Part shown: positions 26,320-34,671 of the stretch, piece after piece
How the letters are laid out: the number at the start of each line of letters is the position of its first letter
Numbering within the stretch: the stretch's first letter is position 1
NCBI GenBank assembly: GCA_035515335.1
Contig: DATJBN010000144.1
Location: 1 to 36,553, forward strand
Reading direction: 5' to 3'
Length of the DNA: 36,553 bases
From: Syntrophales bacterium
GTDB lineage: Bacteria; Desulfobacterota; Syntrophia; Syntrophales; UBA2185
The notes under the pieces: generated by a model
Databases searched by the model: none
What the model saw: only the letters and a program-made list of their open reading frames with translations
What the model was told of the DNA's origin: nothing
Made by a program: the position numbers and the translations under genes

Positions 26320-27063
26320 TCATCGGCTATCTTTATTTTTCCGAAAGGACTCGGAGGCCTTCTTCAGGAGGAACTCCTGAAAGGCCTTGTCATGTTCGAC
26401 AGAGAAGGCTTCTTCGAAGCCGCGGTTCGCATGGTCAAGCATGTATGTCTTAATGAAGCGAAGAGCGGCTATCGGCGCCTCCAGAACCGCCTCGGCCATA
26501 TCGTTCGCCCTCTCTAGCAGCTTGTCGCCGTCAATGATCTCGCTTACCAGACCTGCGCGATGTGCCTCTGCCGCATCTATCCTTCTGCCCGTCAGGCAGA
26601 GGTCACGTGCCAGCCCCTCGCCTATGATCCACCGGAGCGGCGTCAACAGAGGGGGGATACCAAACTTGATCTCCGGATGGCCGAAGAGAGCTATCTTAGA
26701 ACATATCCTTATGTCGCAGAGCTTCGCAAGATCAAACCCGCCGGCAAGGGCCGGACCATTGACCGCGGCAATTACGGGTTTTGGAAAATACCATACGTCT
26801 CTGTGGTATTGTGCGGAAGTCTCGTAAATATCATTATAAAGGGCCGGGTCTTTGAATTCTGAGAGGTCAAAACCCGCGCTGAACGCCTCGCCGCTGCCTG
26901 TCAGGATTACAATACCCACGGCTGCTGACTCACGCCACTCTCTCAGGCACGCTGACATCTCACGGCGCATTTCAATGGAGATTGCGTTCCGTCGCTCGGG
27001 TCGATCGAGCGTAATCGTCCCTATTCCTCCTTGCATGTCCGCGCGTATGGTCCTGAAACTCAT
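26320..27063 (-). CDS. Enoyl-CoA hydratase/isomerase family protein
   Basis: LDRPERRNAI, FSAGFDL, KPVIAAVNGPALAGG, CDIRI, HPEIKFG. Confidence 0.93.
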   Translation of the reverse strand: MSFRTIRADMQGGIGTITLDRPERRNAISIEMRREMSACLREWRESAAVGIVILTGSGEAFSAGFDLSEFKDPALYNDIYETSAQYHRDVWYFPKPVIAAVNGPALAGGFDLAKLCDIRICSKIALFGHPEIKFGIPPLLTPLRWIIGEGLARDLCLTGRRIDAAEAHRAGLVSEIIDGDKLLERANDMAEAVLEAPIAALRFIKTYMLDHANRGFEEAFSVEHDKAFQEFLLKKASESFRKNKDSR

Positions 27064-27137
27064 GACACGCCCCCTAAAAAAAAGTTGCTGGAATGAATAT
27101 CGAGCGGTAAAAAACGTTTATCGCCAAGCCTTCCGTT

Positions 27138-28010
27138 CTAATCCAGGAGCTCTCTGACTCTCCTGACTATCAGTCGACAGCAACTCAGGATGTTCTCTCT
27201 TGAATAGAGGGCAAGCTCATCGCGATGGTATTCTCTGGCCAGCTCCTCGGCAACAAGTTCATCTTCCCGTCTGTCGTTACGGATGCGCTCCATTATGTGC
27301 ACGGCGGCACCACGAGCGTCATCAAGGGTCTTTCTTACGTCCGCCCCTGCGGCGACAACATTATGAGCCAGGCCGAGGAATTGCGGATCGAGACTTTCAA
27401 TGACGTCTATTGTGGCCAGGTAATCGGTAAATCCTGTAAAGAAGATAGGGAAAAACCCTGCACCAGATACCCAGTATCCCAGGTTGTCAGACGCCAACAC
27501 GGCTCTCAAGGCAGGGACATGTATGATAAGATTCCCCGGTGAGTGGCCCCTAGCATTCAGGAAATGGACCACAACATCTCCAAGGTCAAGGGTGTCATTA
27601 CTTGTCATAACCATGCAACCGGAGAGCGAAGGGGCGCGGCTGATCGGGGATCTTCTCCCGGGAAAACCATGCTCTGCCATGAAAGAAGACATGTAATGAT
27701 CCTCCTCAACTAGCGATTGCGCCGTTTTCGGATGGTCGAGAAATGCTGCTGCACCCCGCGCCGCAATAACTACGGCAAGCGGAAAGGCCTCCCTCATCGC
27801 ATCGAGGCCGGCGACATGATCACTGTGGGGATGGGTAATGATCAGATAGTCGGGCCTTACGCCAATGGACGACAGTTGTCCGATCACAATGTCCGCAGTT
27901 GCGGATATTCCCATTTCAACCAAGGCCGATCTCTCTTTTCCCCTTATCAAATAAATGTGAAAGTAGGGATGGCCCAGAACCCTAAGTCGTTCATCTAATT
28001 GGGGACACAT
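27138..28010 (-). CDS. MBL-fold metallohydrolase
   Basis: THPHSDH, GHSPG, SD, LAH motifs. Confidence 0.9.
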   Translation of the reverse strand: MCPQLDERLRVLGHPYFHIYLIRGKERSALVEMGISATADIVIGQLSSIGVRPDYLIITHPHSDHVAGLDAMREAFPLAVVIAARGAAAFLDHPKTAQSLVEEDHYMSSFMAEHGFPGRRSPISRAPSLSGCMVMTSNDTLDLGDVVVHFLNARGHSPGNLIIHVPALRAVLASDNLGYWVSGAGFFPIFFTGFTDYLATIDVIESLDPQFLGLAHNVVAAGADVRKTLDDARGAAVHIMERIRNDRREDELVAEELAREYHRDELALYSRENILSCCRLIVRRVRELLD

Positions 28011-28163
28011 TTCTCATTCGCATGCCTTTGCCATCTTCGCGATAATACGCGTCATGCCTTCTAGCACATTTTGTCTAAGACTGCTGCCATTATTTTACCG
28101 TACAGCAAGTAAGTGTCCGGACTCTTTACGTGAATTGGTTCTTTAGGCGGGATAGAAGATTGA

Positions 28164-28190
28164 GCCGCCCCGCACGATAGGCGAGGCGGC
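28164..28190 (-). terminator. GC-rich hairpin downstream of the Cache gene, possible terminator
   Basis: Minus strand GCCGCCTCGC...GCGGGGCGGC stem; the U-tract is weak. Confidence 0.35.
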
Positions 28191-28254
28191 GTAATGGGTG
28201 TTGCAAAGGCTGGTTACTCGCTTCTCTAACGTTCTCTGCGCTTATGCCGGAATT

Positions 28255-28665
28255 CTATAAGAGATCCTGCCACATTTCTGTGTAGATGCCGCTGCAGATG
28301 ATTACGTCATCGACCCTCTCAAAGTAGACGTGTTTTACGAGGTCTTCTTTGGTGACCGGGTTGTACCATTTGTAGTCGACAAACCCACTGCCCTTTGTGT
28401 TGGCAACTTCAACGATCTCACGAATGAAGCTTCGGCCATCAGAGTCTTTAACGTCGCAGAAGTCCATCCCTATGTATTTTTCGTTGACACCGTGTGCCAG
28501 CATCGTTCCCTTGAGGTTCAATACAAAGAGGTACTGTTCCCCTTCCACAAATGGTCCTTTGGGATTGGTAAACTCTGCCAGAGCAACTGCCTTGCCGGCC
28601 TTCCTGTAAAATTCAATTGCCTTTTTTACGAACTGCTTTGCCTCTTCACCTGATCTTCCGTACAT
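28255..28665 (-). CDS. Stand-alone single Cache domain protein
   Basis: EEAKQFVKKA, YLFV..GTMLAHG, KDSDG..FIRE, GSGFVDYKW.NP..K..Y..SG.Y. Strong SD AAGGAGG. Confidence 0.9.
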   Translation of the reverse strand: MYGRSGEEAKQFVKKAIEFYRKAGKAVALAEFTNPKGPFVEGEQYLFVLNLKGTMLAHGVNEKYIGMDFCDVKDSDGRSFIREIVEVANTKGSGFVDYKWYNPVTKEDLVKHVYFERVDDVIICSGIYTEMWQDLL

Positions 28666-28754
28666 AAGCGCCTCCTCCTTCGATGGGTTATTAGCCGGTC
28701 AGATTTTTTATCAGCCGGGGGGTCTAGGATCAACAAACTATTGTACTGAATTCT

Positions 28755-28782
28755 AATATAGTACGGTGTTTGGCAATTGCAA
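28755..28782 (-). promoter_or_regulatory. Possible sigma70 promoter for the Cache gene
   Basis: Minus strand TTGCAA, 16 nt spacer, TATATT. Confidence 0.35.
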
Positions 28783-29027
28783 TAGCGGAGAACCTTGGAA
28801 GGATATGAGAAAAAACCTTATTCCATTATAATCCAGAGGAGTAGTTACCCACTTCAATCAGTGGGCAAAAACCTTATTGGGGGGCTATTCACGAGAATCT
28901 CGATTCGCTGTATATGCCGCATCTCCCGGGGCGCAGTTGACCGGATATCTGCAGGCCTTTCAGGAATCTCATGTTTCAGCGTCGGCCTTTTCGCGGAGCA
29001 GGACTTTATCAAAACGACGGCCGCGTC

Positions 29028-29426
29028 TTATTTGATCGGCCACTCGCCCCGCTCTTTCAAGACATCACGATAAACCTCAAGGGCCTCATTGACAGCGGGC
29101 ATGCCGGCATAGGTCGCCACCTGGAAGAATATCTCGGCAAGTTTCCTGGGGTCGCATCCGACGTTCAAAGCCGCATTGACATGGAGTTTCAGTTCAGCCG
29201 TTGCCCGGAGAGAAGCAAGCATGGCGCATGCCGCCATCTGTCTTTCGGGAAGCGTGAGCACTGTACGGGAATACAGATTCCCGGTTATAAAACGGGAGAA
29301 ATCGTTGGCAAGATCCCTGTCAAATTCCCGCCACATAAGGTAAGGCGGGTCCATCTTGATGCCCTTGCCGAAGAGGGCGTTTGCCGTATCCTGCGTTCTT
29401 TTCTTTATCTCGTCACTCATGGCCAT
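29028..29426 (-). CDS. Carboxymuconolactone decarboxylase family protein (no CxxC)
   Basis: G.LYSR.VL...ER, LKLHVNAALNVG, E...QVATYAGMPA. Confidence 0.9.
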   Translation of the reverse strand: MAMSDEIKKRTQDTANALFGKGIKMDPPYLMWREFDRDLANDFSRFITGNLYSRTVLTLPERQMAACAMLASLRATAELKLHVNAALNVGCDPRKLAEIFFQVATYAGMPAVNEALEVYRDVLKERGEWPIK

Positions 29427-29440
29427 ATCCCTTCTATCTT

Positions 29441-29659
29441 TCAGTCATTGTCAAGCTTGCCGCCGTAAGGATTTATTTTAATGTCATCGAAGCACCTGTG
29501 GCAGAAAACCTTCGTATCCACGTGGCCGCAGCCATAGCCCCAGAGGTCAAACTTGCGGCAGCCTATGCAGAGAGGCGCCCCGCAGCCATCACAGTAGATG
29601 ATAGCAGGAATCTCGCCGCAGCGGAGGCAAGCAATGTTTGTCTCGTTTATAACGATCAT
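29441..29659 (-). CDS. Small Cys-rich zinc-finger protein (B-box-like)
   Basis: CLRC..A.IYCDGCGAPLCIGC..CGH..FCHRC. The ORF track starts at 29710. Confidence 0.75.
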   Translation of the reverse strand: MIVINETNIACLRCGEIPAIIYCDGCGAPLCIGCRKFDLWGYGCGHVDTKVFCHRCFDDIKINPYGGKLDND

Positions 29660-29734
29660 CGAACGGCACGCTAACACATACGACAAGAACTCACAAGATG
29701 AAACGCTCATAAGGTATATCGGGACGCCCTATCC

Positions 29735-30415
29735 TCATTTCTTTTCCGCAATGGCTTCCTTTTCAAAATCATAGGCGTGAGCTGCGCCAGGTTTCTCGAA
29801 GTAGGCGGGATAGTATTCTCTGAAGTAGGCAACAATCCTCTCGTATGGAACATCTGCAAAATGGCCGTGGTCTCTCACGTATTCCATGTGTTTTTTCCCC
29901 TCCCTGTCATATGGATGGAGAAGGCTGTCATTTCTGCCATCAAAGTCGAGAGGATTTATCCCGAACTTCTCACAGAGCGACAGATTGAAGGTAGGAGTGG
30001 CCTTTACCCATCTGCCATCAAGGAAGAGTTCCGCATAGCCGTGAAAGACGAATGTGTCCGTCTTCATCAACCGACGGAGTCTTTCCGTGGAAAGGTGGTT
30101 GCGAACATCGGCAAACCCAATCCGCCCGGGAATGCCCGACGCGCGGGCCACAGCGGCAAGCACGATTGCCTTCGCCACACAATAGCCATAGCCCTTCCTG
30201 ATGATATCGCTTGCCTTGAATGCTTCTTTTCTTTCCAAGTCTATTCGGTACGGATCATACCTGATCTTGTCCCTAACGGCATAGAAAAGGGCAATACCCT
30301 TTTCGATGGATGCCTCTATCCCGGCCGTAACGGCTCTCGCGAGATTTACGACCTCCGACGTATCACTATCAATATAGTAAGTGGGCTTGAGATATTGATC
30401 AAGATTGTTCTTCAT
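29735..30415 (-). CDS. Transglutaminase-like family protein
   Basis: VRDKIRY, GYCVAKA (catalytic Cys), FHGYAE, WVKATP. Confidence 0.92.
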   Translation of the reverse strand: MKNNLDQYLKPTYYIDSDTSEVVNLARAVTAGIEASIEKGIALFYAVRDKIRYDPYRIDLERKEAFKASDIIRKGYGYCVAKAIVLAAVARASGIPGRIGFADVRNHLSTERLRRLMKTDTFVFHGYAELFLDGRWVKATPTFNLSLCEKFGINPLDFDGRNDSLLHPYDREGKKHMEYVRDHGHFADVPYERIVAYFREYYPAYFEKPGAAHAYDFEKEAIAEKK

Positions 30416-30617
30416 GGCAGTAAGGCGGGCTTCTTCTCTTGCCTTTTAAGAATATCGAGGAGGAAAACTATTCGACCTAAGCCTAAAGTTCAGGCAAAAA
30501 AAATATCCGGGGGACAAATCTATCGGACCATGAAACGGATATTCCGTCATATCACTTCACGCGATATGACGACGCTGAAAGGACACCGCACAACCAAGAC
30601 GGATATTTAACTATCTT

Positions 30618-31097
30618 TCAGTCCACAGAATGGAGCAGGACAGAGGCATGGCTCGCCTCCTCAAGATCATCTCTCCAGCTCTTGTTCTCCAGAATTTTCT
30701 TTTTCTTAACAAAAGTCCAGAGCTCATCAAGCTCGGACTCTGTCATCTTCAGCGAATGGAGAAGATTTGATAATACAGACTCACAGTGTTCACCTGCACG
30801 GAGAATCACGCGCTGCACTATACCTTTGTCGATCTTCAGTGATCGCGCTGTTGATTGAACACCATCACCTTCCGCCGCACGGTGCAGGATCTGTCTGATT
30901 ATGTCTTCAGACAGATGCATCCTATAAAATGCCGTTGCCGTTGATGCCGCGAAGCGCTTCCCACAGGTTCTGCAATAGAGAAGCTTTCTATTCTTATTCT
31001 TGCCATAGTTGCCACGTACACCGATATTACCGTTGCCCCTCAGTCCGTAATCTCTACAGGTCCTGTTGGGGCAGAAGATATACTCAATTTCTAACAT
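30618..31097 (-). mobile_element. IS1-family transposase N-terminal fragment (InsA-like zinc ribbon + HTH), catalytic part absent
   Basis: CPNRTC..GNI..G.YG..LYCRTCGKRF, HTH EG.GVQSTAR.LKIDK..V.R, ending at ELDELWTFVKKK. All frames stop soon after. SD GGAGGAGG before ATG at 31097. Confidence 0.8.
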
Positions 31098-31426
31098 TTC
31101 AGAACTTCCTCCTCCGATCCGCAACATTTAAAGTCTTAATGTCAATTTAAAAACCGTGTCAATTATATTCAAAGAATCAATAAAGACAATATTAAAAGGT
31201 TTATAAATATTATTAAGATTTATTTAATTTAAAAATCCAGCTAATTTATAACAGTTTAACTTGCATCGGATATGCTACTAATGTATATTAATTAGGCTTT
31301 TTGAGAATGATAAGTTCGTGATCTATTTCATGCCAGATTATACCTGATGCTTCATTAGAGAATCCTCCGGCAAAGGTTAATCGAGGGGGGCAAGAAGCGT
31401 GTCGGTAACAAGAGAGGTGCCACAGG

Positions 31427-33508
31427 ATGGAAGATGATATCCGTTGGGTGAAGACGCATTGCGCAAGAATGGACCACGGGGGGTGCAGTCTTCTCGTGGG
31501 AGTGAAAGATAACAAGATCGTAAAAGTAAAAGGGGACCCGGACGGTTATCTCAGCAAGGGATACATTTGCCCTAAGGGTGTTGCGTCCCCGGATCGCCTG
31601 ACACATCCGGAACGCCTCATACATCCTCTCAAGAGAGCGGGAAGACGCGGCGAAGGCAAATGGCAGCGCATAACCTGGGATGAGGCTTTGCAGGAGGTAG
31701 CCGCGAATCTCCTCACGATCAAGGAAAAGAACGGTCCGCGGGCTGTGGCCTTTGGGGTCGGTATGCCCAAGGGCTTGGAGCACTTTGTCCTGATTCGGCT
31801 TGCCAACCTCTTCGGATCACCGAACGTGATCGCTTCTCAGGACGTATGCCATGCGCCGCGTGAGATCACCGGTGTTCATACTTGTGGTTTCTATCCTGTC
31901 GCGGATTTCCATCACGCAAGCAAGCTCGCCGTGCTGTGGGGAAGCAACATCACTTCGACGAATGAGGAGGGTGAGATCAACAGTCTTTTCCTCGAGCATG
32001 TCAAGAACGGGATGGAGTTGATTGCCATAGACCCCCGCCGGATCGACAGTATCAAGAGGACAAAGATGTGGCTCCAGGTCCGGCCCGGAACGGATAATGC
32101 CTTGGCCTTGGGGTTTCTGAATGTCATCATTTCCGAGGGTCTTTACGACAAGGAGTTTGTGGAGAAATGGACAGTCGGTTTTCCCGAGCTCGCCCTTCAT
32201 GTCAAAGACTTCACGCCGGAAAAAGTTTCCGAGATAACCTGGGTTCCTCCCGAACTTATCAGAGATGCAGCAAGATGCTATGCCACAGCAAAGCCCGCGG
32301 TCATTCAGTGGGGGAATCCCATCGAGCACAACATATTCGCCTTTGACACCGCCCGTGCCCTCATCTGCCTCATGGCGATAACAGGCAATCTCGACGTGCC
32401 GGGCGGCAACGTTGAAGCGAGAGATCCAGCTATAGTTGGTCTTGGACCCTTTGTCCGCGCCGACCTCATACCTGATAAACACAAGACCATGATCAGCGCC
32501 CATCACCGCGTGATCCCGCGTCTGATGACAATCGCGCCCGCATATTTCAGGAAGGCTGTTCTCGAAGGGGTACCGTATCCGGTGAAAGGATTCTATGCGA
32601 TGTGCTGCAATCCTCTTCTGACATATGCAGACAGCCGTCAGACTTACGAGGCGCTGATGAAACTCGACTTCTTCGCCACAGCAGAGGTCTTCATGACGCC
32701 GTCTGCGGCACTGGCAGATATCGTCCTTCCAGCGGCTACACATTTCGAATTTGACGATATAGGACATCTCGGAATCGGGCACGGCTACATCCTAGCAAGG
32801 CCCAAGGTGGTCGACCCGCCGGAGGAATGCTGGCCCGACATGAAGATCATGAACGAACTGGGAAAGCGCATAAGCCCGCCGGAACTCTGGCACGAGGATT
32901 ACAGGTCGTTCCTCGAAGACGTCGTAAAGCCCGCAGGCATGACTTATGCCGAGTTTACAAAGAAGGGGTATCTGAAAGGACCGGACAACTTTAAGGCCTA
33001 TGAGAAAAAAGGGTTCAGGACGCCTTCGGGAAAGGTCGAGCTTGTTCTCAGTACTGCGGAGAAATTCAAGCTCTCCGCCTTACCACAATACAGAGGGCTC
33101 CCGGAAGAAGAAGACCCCGATTATCCCTTGCTCCTGACCGGGGCCAAGAGCCGCTTCTATCTCCACTCTGCATATAGATGGCTCGAAAAGCTGAGAAGGC
33201 TGATGCCCCGGCCGAGGCTTGAGATCCATCCGGCAACGGCAGAGAAGTTCGGGATAGTGGAGGGAGACGAGGTAACCATCGAAACGAGGCACGGCAGCAT
33301 TACCCAGGCGGCACACCTCACTGACGGCATAGACCCCCGCGTTCTTTGCGCGGCCCATGGCTGGTGGTTCCCGGAAGGCAGTCCGCAGACCCAGTACGAC
33401 TGGCAGAAATCAAACTTCAATATGCTGACCTCAACTGAAAGGTTGGGGAGAGAGTACGGTACCCCGAATCTGAAAGCCATTCCGTGCCGGATCAACAGGA
33501 AGGCTTAG
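31427..33508 (+). CDS. Mo/W-bisPGD (DMSO reductase superfamily) oxidoreductase, acetylene hydratase-like group
   Basis: CARMDHGGC..CPKG, RLIHPLKR, WQRITWDEAL, IDPR, RPGTD.AL, ADIVLPAA, TPSGKVEL, C-terminal Molydop_binding (EIHP.TA). No Tat signal. Confidence 0.93.
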   Translation: MEDDIRWVKTHCARMDHGGCSLLVGVKDNKIVKVKGDPDGYLSKGYICPKGVASPDRLTHPERLIHPLKRAGRRGEGKWQRITWDEALQEVAANLLTIKEKNGPRAVAFGVGMPKGLEHFVLIRLANLFGSPNVIASQDVCHAPREITGVHTCGFYPVADFHHASKLAVLWGSNITSTNEEGEINSLFLEHVKNGMELIAIDPRRIDSIKRTKMWLQVRPGTDNALALGFLNVIISEGLYDKEFVEKWTVGFPELALHVKDFTPEKVSEITWVPPELIRDAARCYATAKPAVIQWGNPIEHNIFAFDTARALICLMAITGNLDVPGGNVEARDPAIVGLGPFVRADLIPDKHKTMISAHHRVIPRLMTIAPAYFRKAVLEGVPYPVKGFYAMCCNPLLTYADSRQTYEALMKLDFFATAEVFMTPSAALADIVLPAATHFEFDDIGHLGIGHGYILARPKVVDPPEECWPDMKIMNELGKRISPPELWHEDYRSFLEDVVKPAGMTYAEFTKKGYLKGPDNFKAYEKKGFRTPSGKVELVLSTAEKFKLSALPQYRGLPEEEDPDYPLLLTGAKSRFYLHSAYRWLEKLRRLMPRPRLEIHPATAEKFGIVEGDEVTIETRHGSITQAAHLTDGIDPRVLCAAHGWWFPEGSPQTQYDWQKSNFNMLTSTERLGREYGTPNLKAIPCRINRKA

Positions 33509-33581
33509 GTATATCTTTTGTTGAATGCGGGAAATAAAAAGAAGTGTTGCACAATCACTCTTTGAAGAAAGGAGAGATGCC

Positions 33582-33872
33582 ATGATCAAGCACATCGTGT
33601 TCATGAAATTCAAGACAGGTGTTACCGACAAGGATATTGATGAACTGGAGAAAGCATTGGGGCGTCTTCCAGGCAGGATTCCGGAAATCAAGGAATATCA
33701 ATTCGGGCGTGACATAGTTCACTCCGAAAGATCGTTCGACTTCGCATTGATCTCCGCTTTCGACGACCTGGACGCCCTGAAACGTTACCAGCCACATCCG
33801 GATCACGTTCCCGTCCTCAATAAGGTAAAGGAAATTTGCGAAAAAATCCTGGCCGTAGACTTCAAGGTGTGA
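33582..33872 (+). CDS. Dabb family (stress-responsive alpha/beta barrel) protein
   Basis: MIKHIVFMKFK..IP.I..G.D..Y..HPDH..VDF. SD AAGGAG. Confidence 0.92.
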   Translation: MIKHIVFMKFKTGVTDKDIDELEKALGRLPGRIPEIKEYQFGRDIVHSERSFDFALISAFDDLDALKRYQPHPDHVPVLNKVKEICEKILAVDFKV

Positions 33873-33885
33873 AAAGGCGATAGTT

Positions 33886-34671
33886 ATGAAAGCGGCTTTC
33901 ATACAATTCAACCCTCAGTTTGGCAACATAGACCTTAATGTCAAACAGGCGCTAAGTCTCGTCGAGAAAACTGATGCTGACGTCATCGTCCTTCCGGAGC
34001 TTTTCAATACCGGTTACCTCATCGTATCAAAGGACGAGGCTTTCGATCTGTCAGAACGCTTGCCGGTCGGAAAGACGACAGCAGCGCTCTCCTCTGCAGC
34101 GGAAAAGAAGAAAGCCTATATCATTGCCGGTCTCATCGAAAGACAGGGCGATAGCCTTTTCAATTCAGCGGTTATTGTATCGCCTTCGGGCTACCTCGGG
34201 AGATACAGGAAGGTCCATCTGTTCAATGAAGAGAGGCTATGGTTTCAGCCCGGCGACCTGGGATTCGATGTTTTTGATATTGGGATATGCAAGATGGGTG
34301 TGATGATCTGCTTTGACTGGTACTTCCCTGAATCGATGCGCACCCTCGCACTCAAAGGCGCGGACGTGGTCTGTCATAGTGCAAATCTTGTCCTTCCTTT
34401 CTGCCAGGATGCGATGAAGACGAGATGCCTGGAGAACCGTGTCTTCGCTGTTACGGCCAACAGGACAGGCGAGGAAAATAGAAACGGAAAGACCTGCCGT
34501 TATACGGGGAGAAGTCAGATAACAGGACCGGACGCAAGAATCCTCTACCAGGCAGGTGCCGAAACCGAAGAAATAGGTATAGCTGAGATAGACATCGCCC
34601 TGGCGCGGAACAAGAATCTGAATCCTTATAACCACGCCCTGCTCGATAGGAGAGAAGACTTCTACAGTTGA
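33886..34671 (+). CDS. Carbon-nitrogen hydrolase (nitrilase superfamily)
   Basis: E-K-C triad: LPELF, YRKVHL, ICFDW. Confidence 0.93.
   Translation: MKAAFIQFNPQFGNIDLNVKQALSLVEKTDADVIVLPELFNTGYLIVSKDEAFDLSERLPVGKTTAALSSAAEKKKAYIIAGLIERQGDSLFNSAVIVSPSGYLGRYRKVHLFNEERLWFQPGDLGFDVFDIGICKMGVMICFDWYFPESMRTLALKGADVVCHSANLVLPFCQDAMKTRCLENRVFAVTANRTGEENRNGKTCRYTGRSQITGPDARILYQAGAETEEIGIAEIDIALARNKNLNPYNHALLDRREDFYS

Noticed and set aside
28220-28255. CTCTAAC as an integron attC core site
   Set aside because: No matching GTTRRRY end at a suitable distance, no cassette array and no integrase.
30420-31140. Complete, active IS1 element
   Set aside because: No InsB catalytic region in any frame and no terminal inverted repeats found.
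31330-31426. Possible Moco/Wco riboswitch upstream of the molybdoenzyme
   Set aside because: I could not recognise the conserved motif elements by eye. An Rfam/Infernal scan would settle it.
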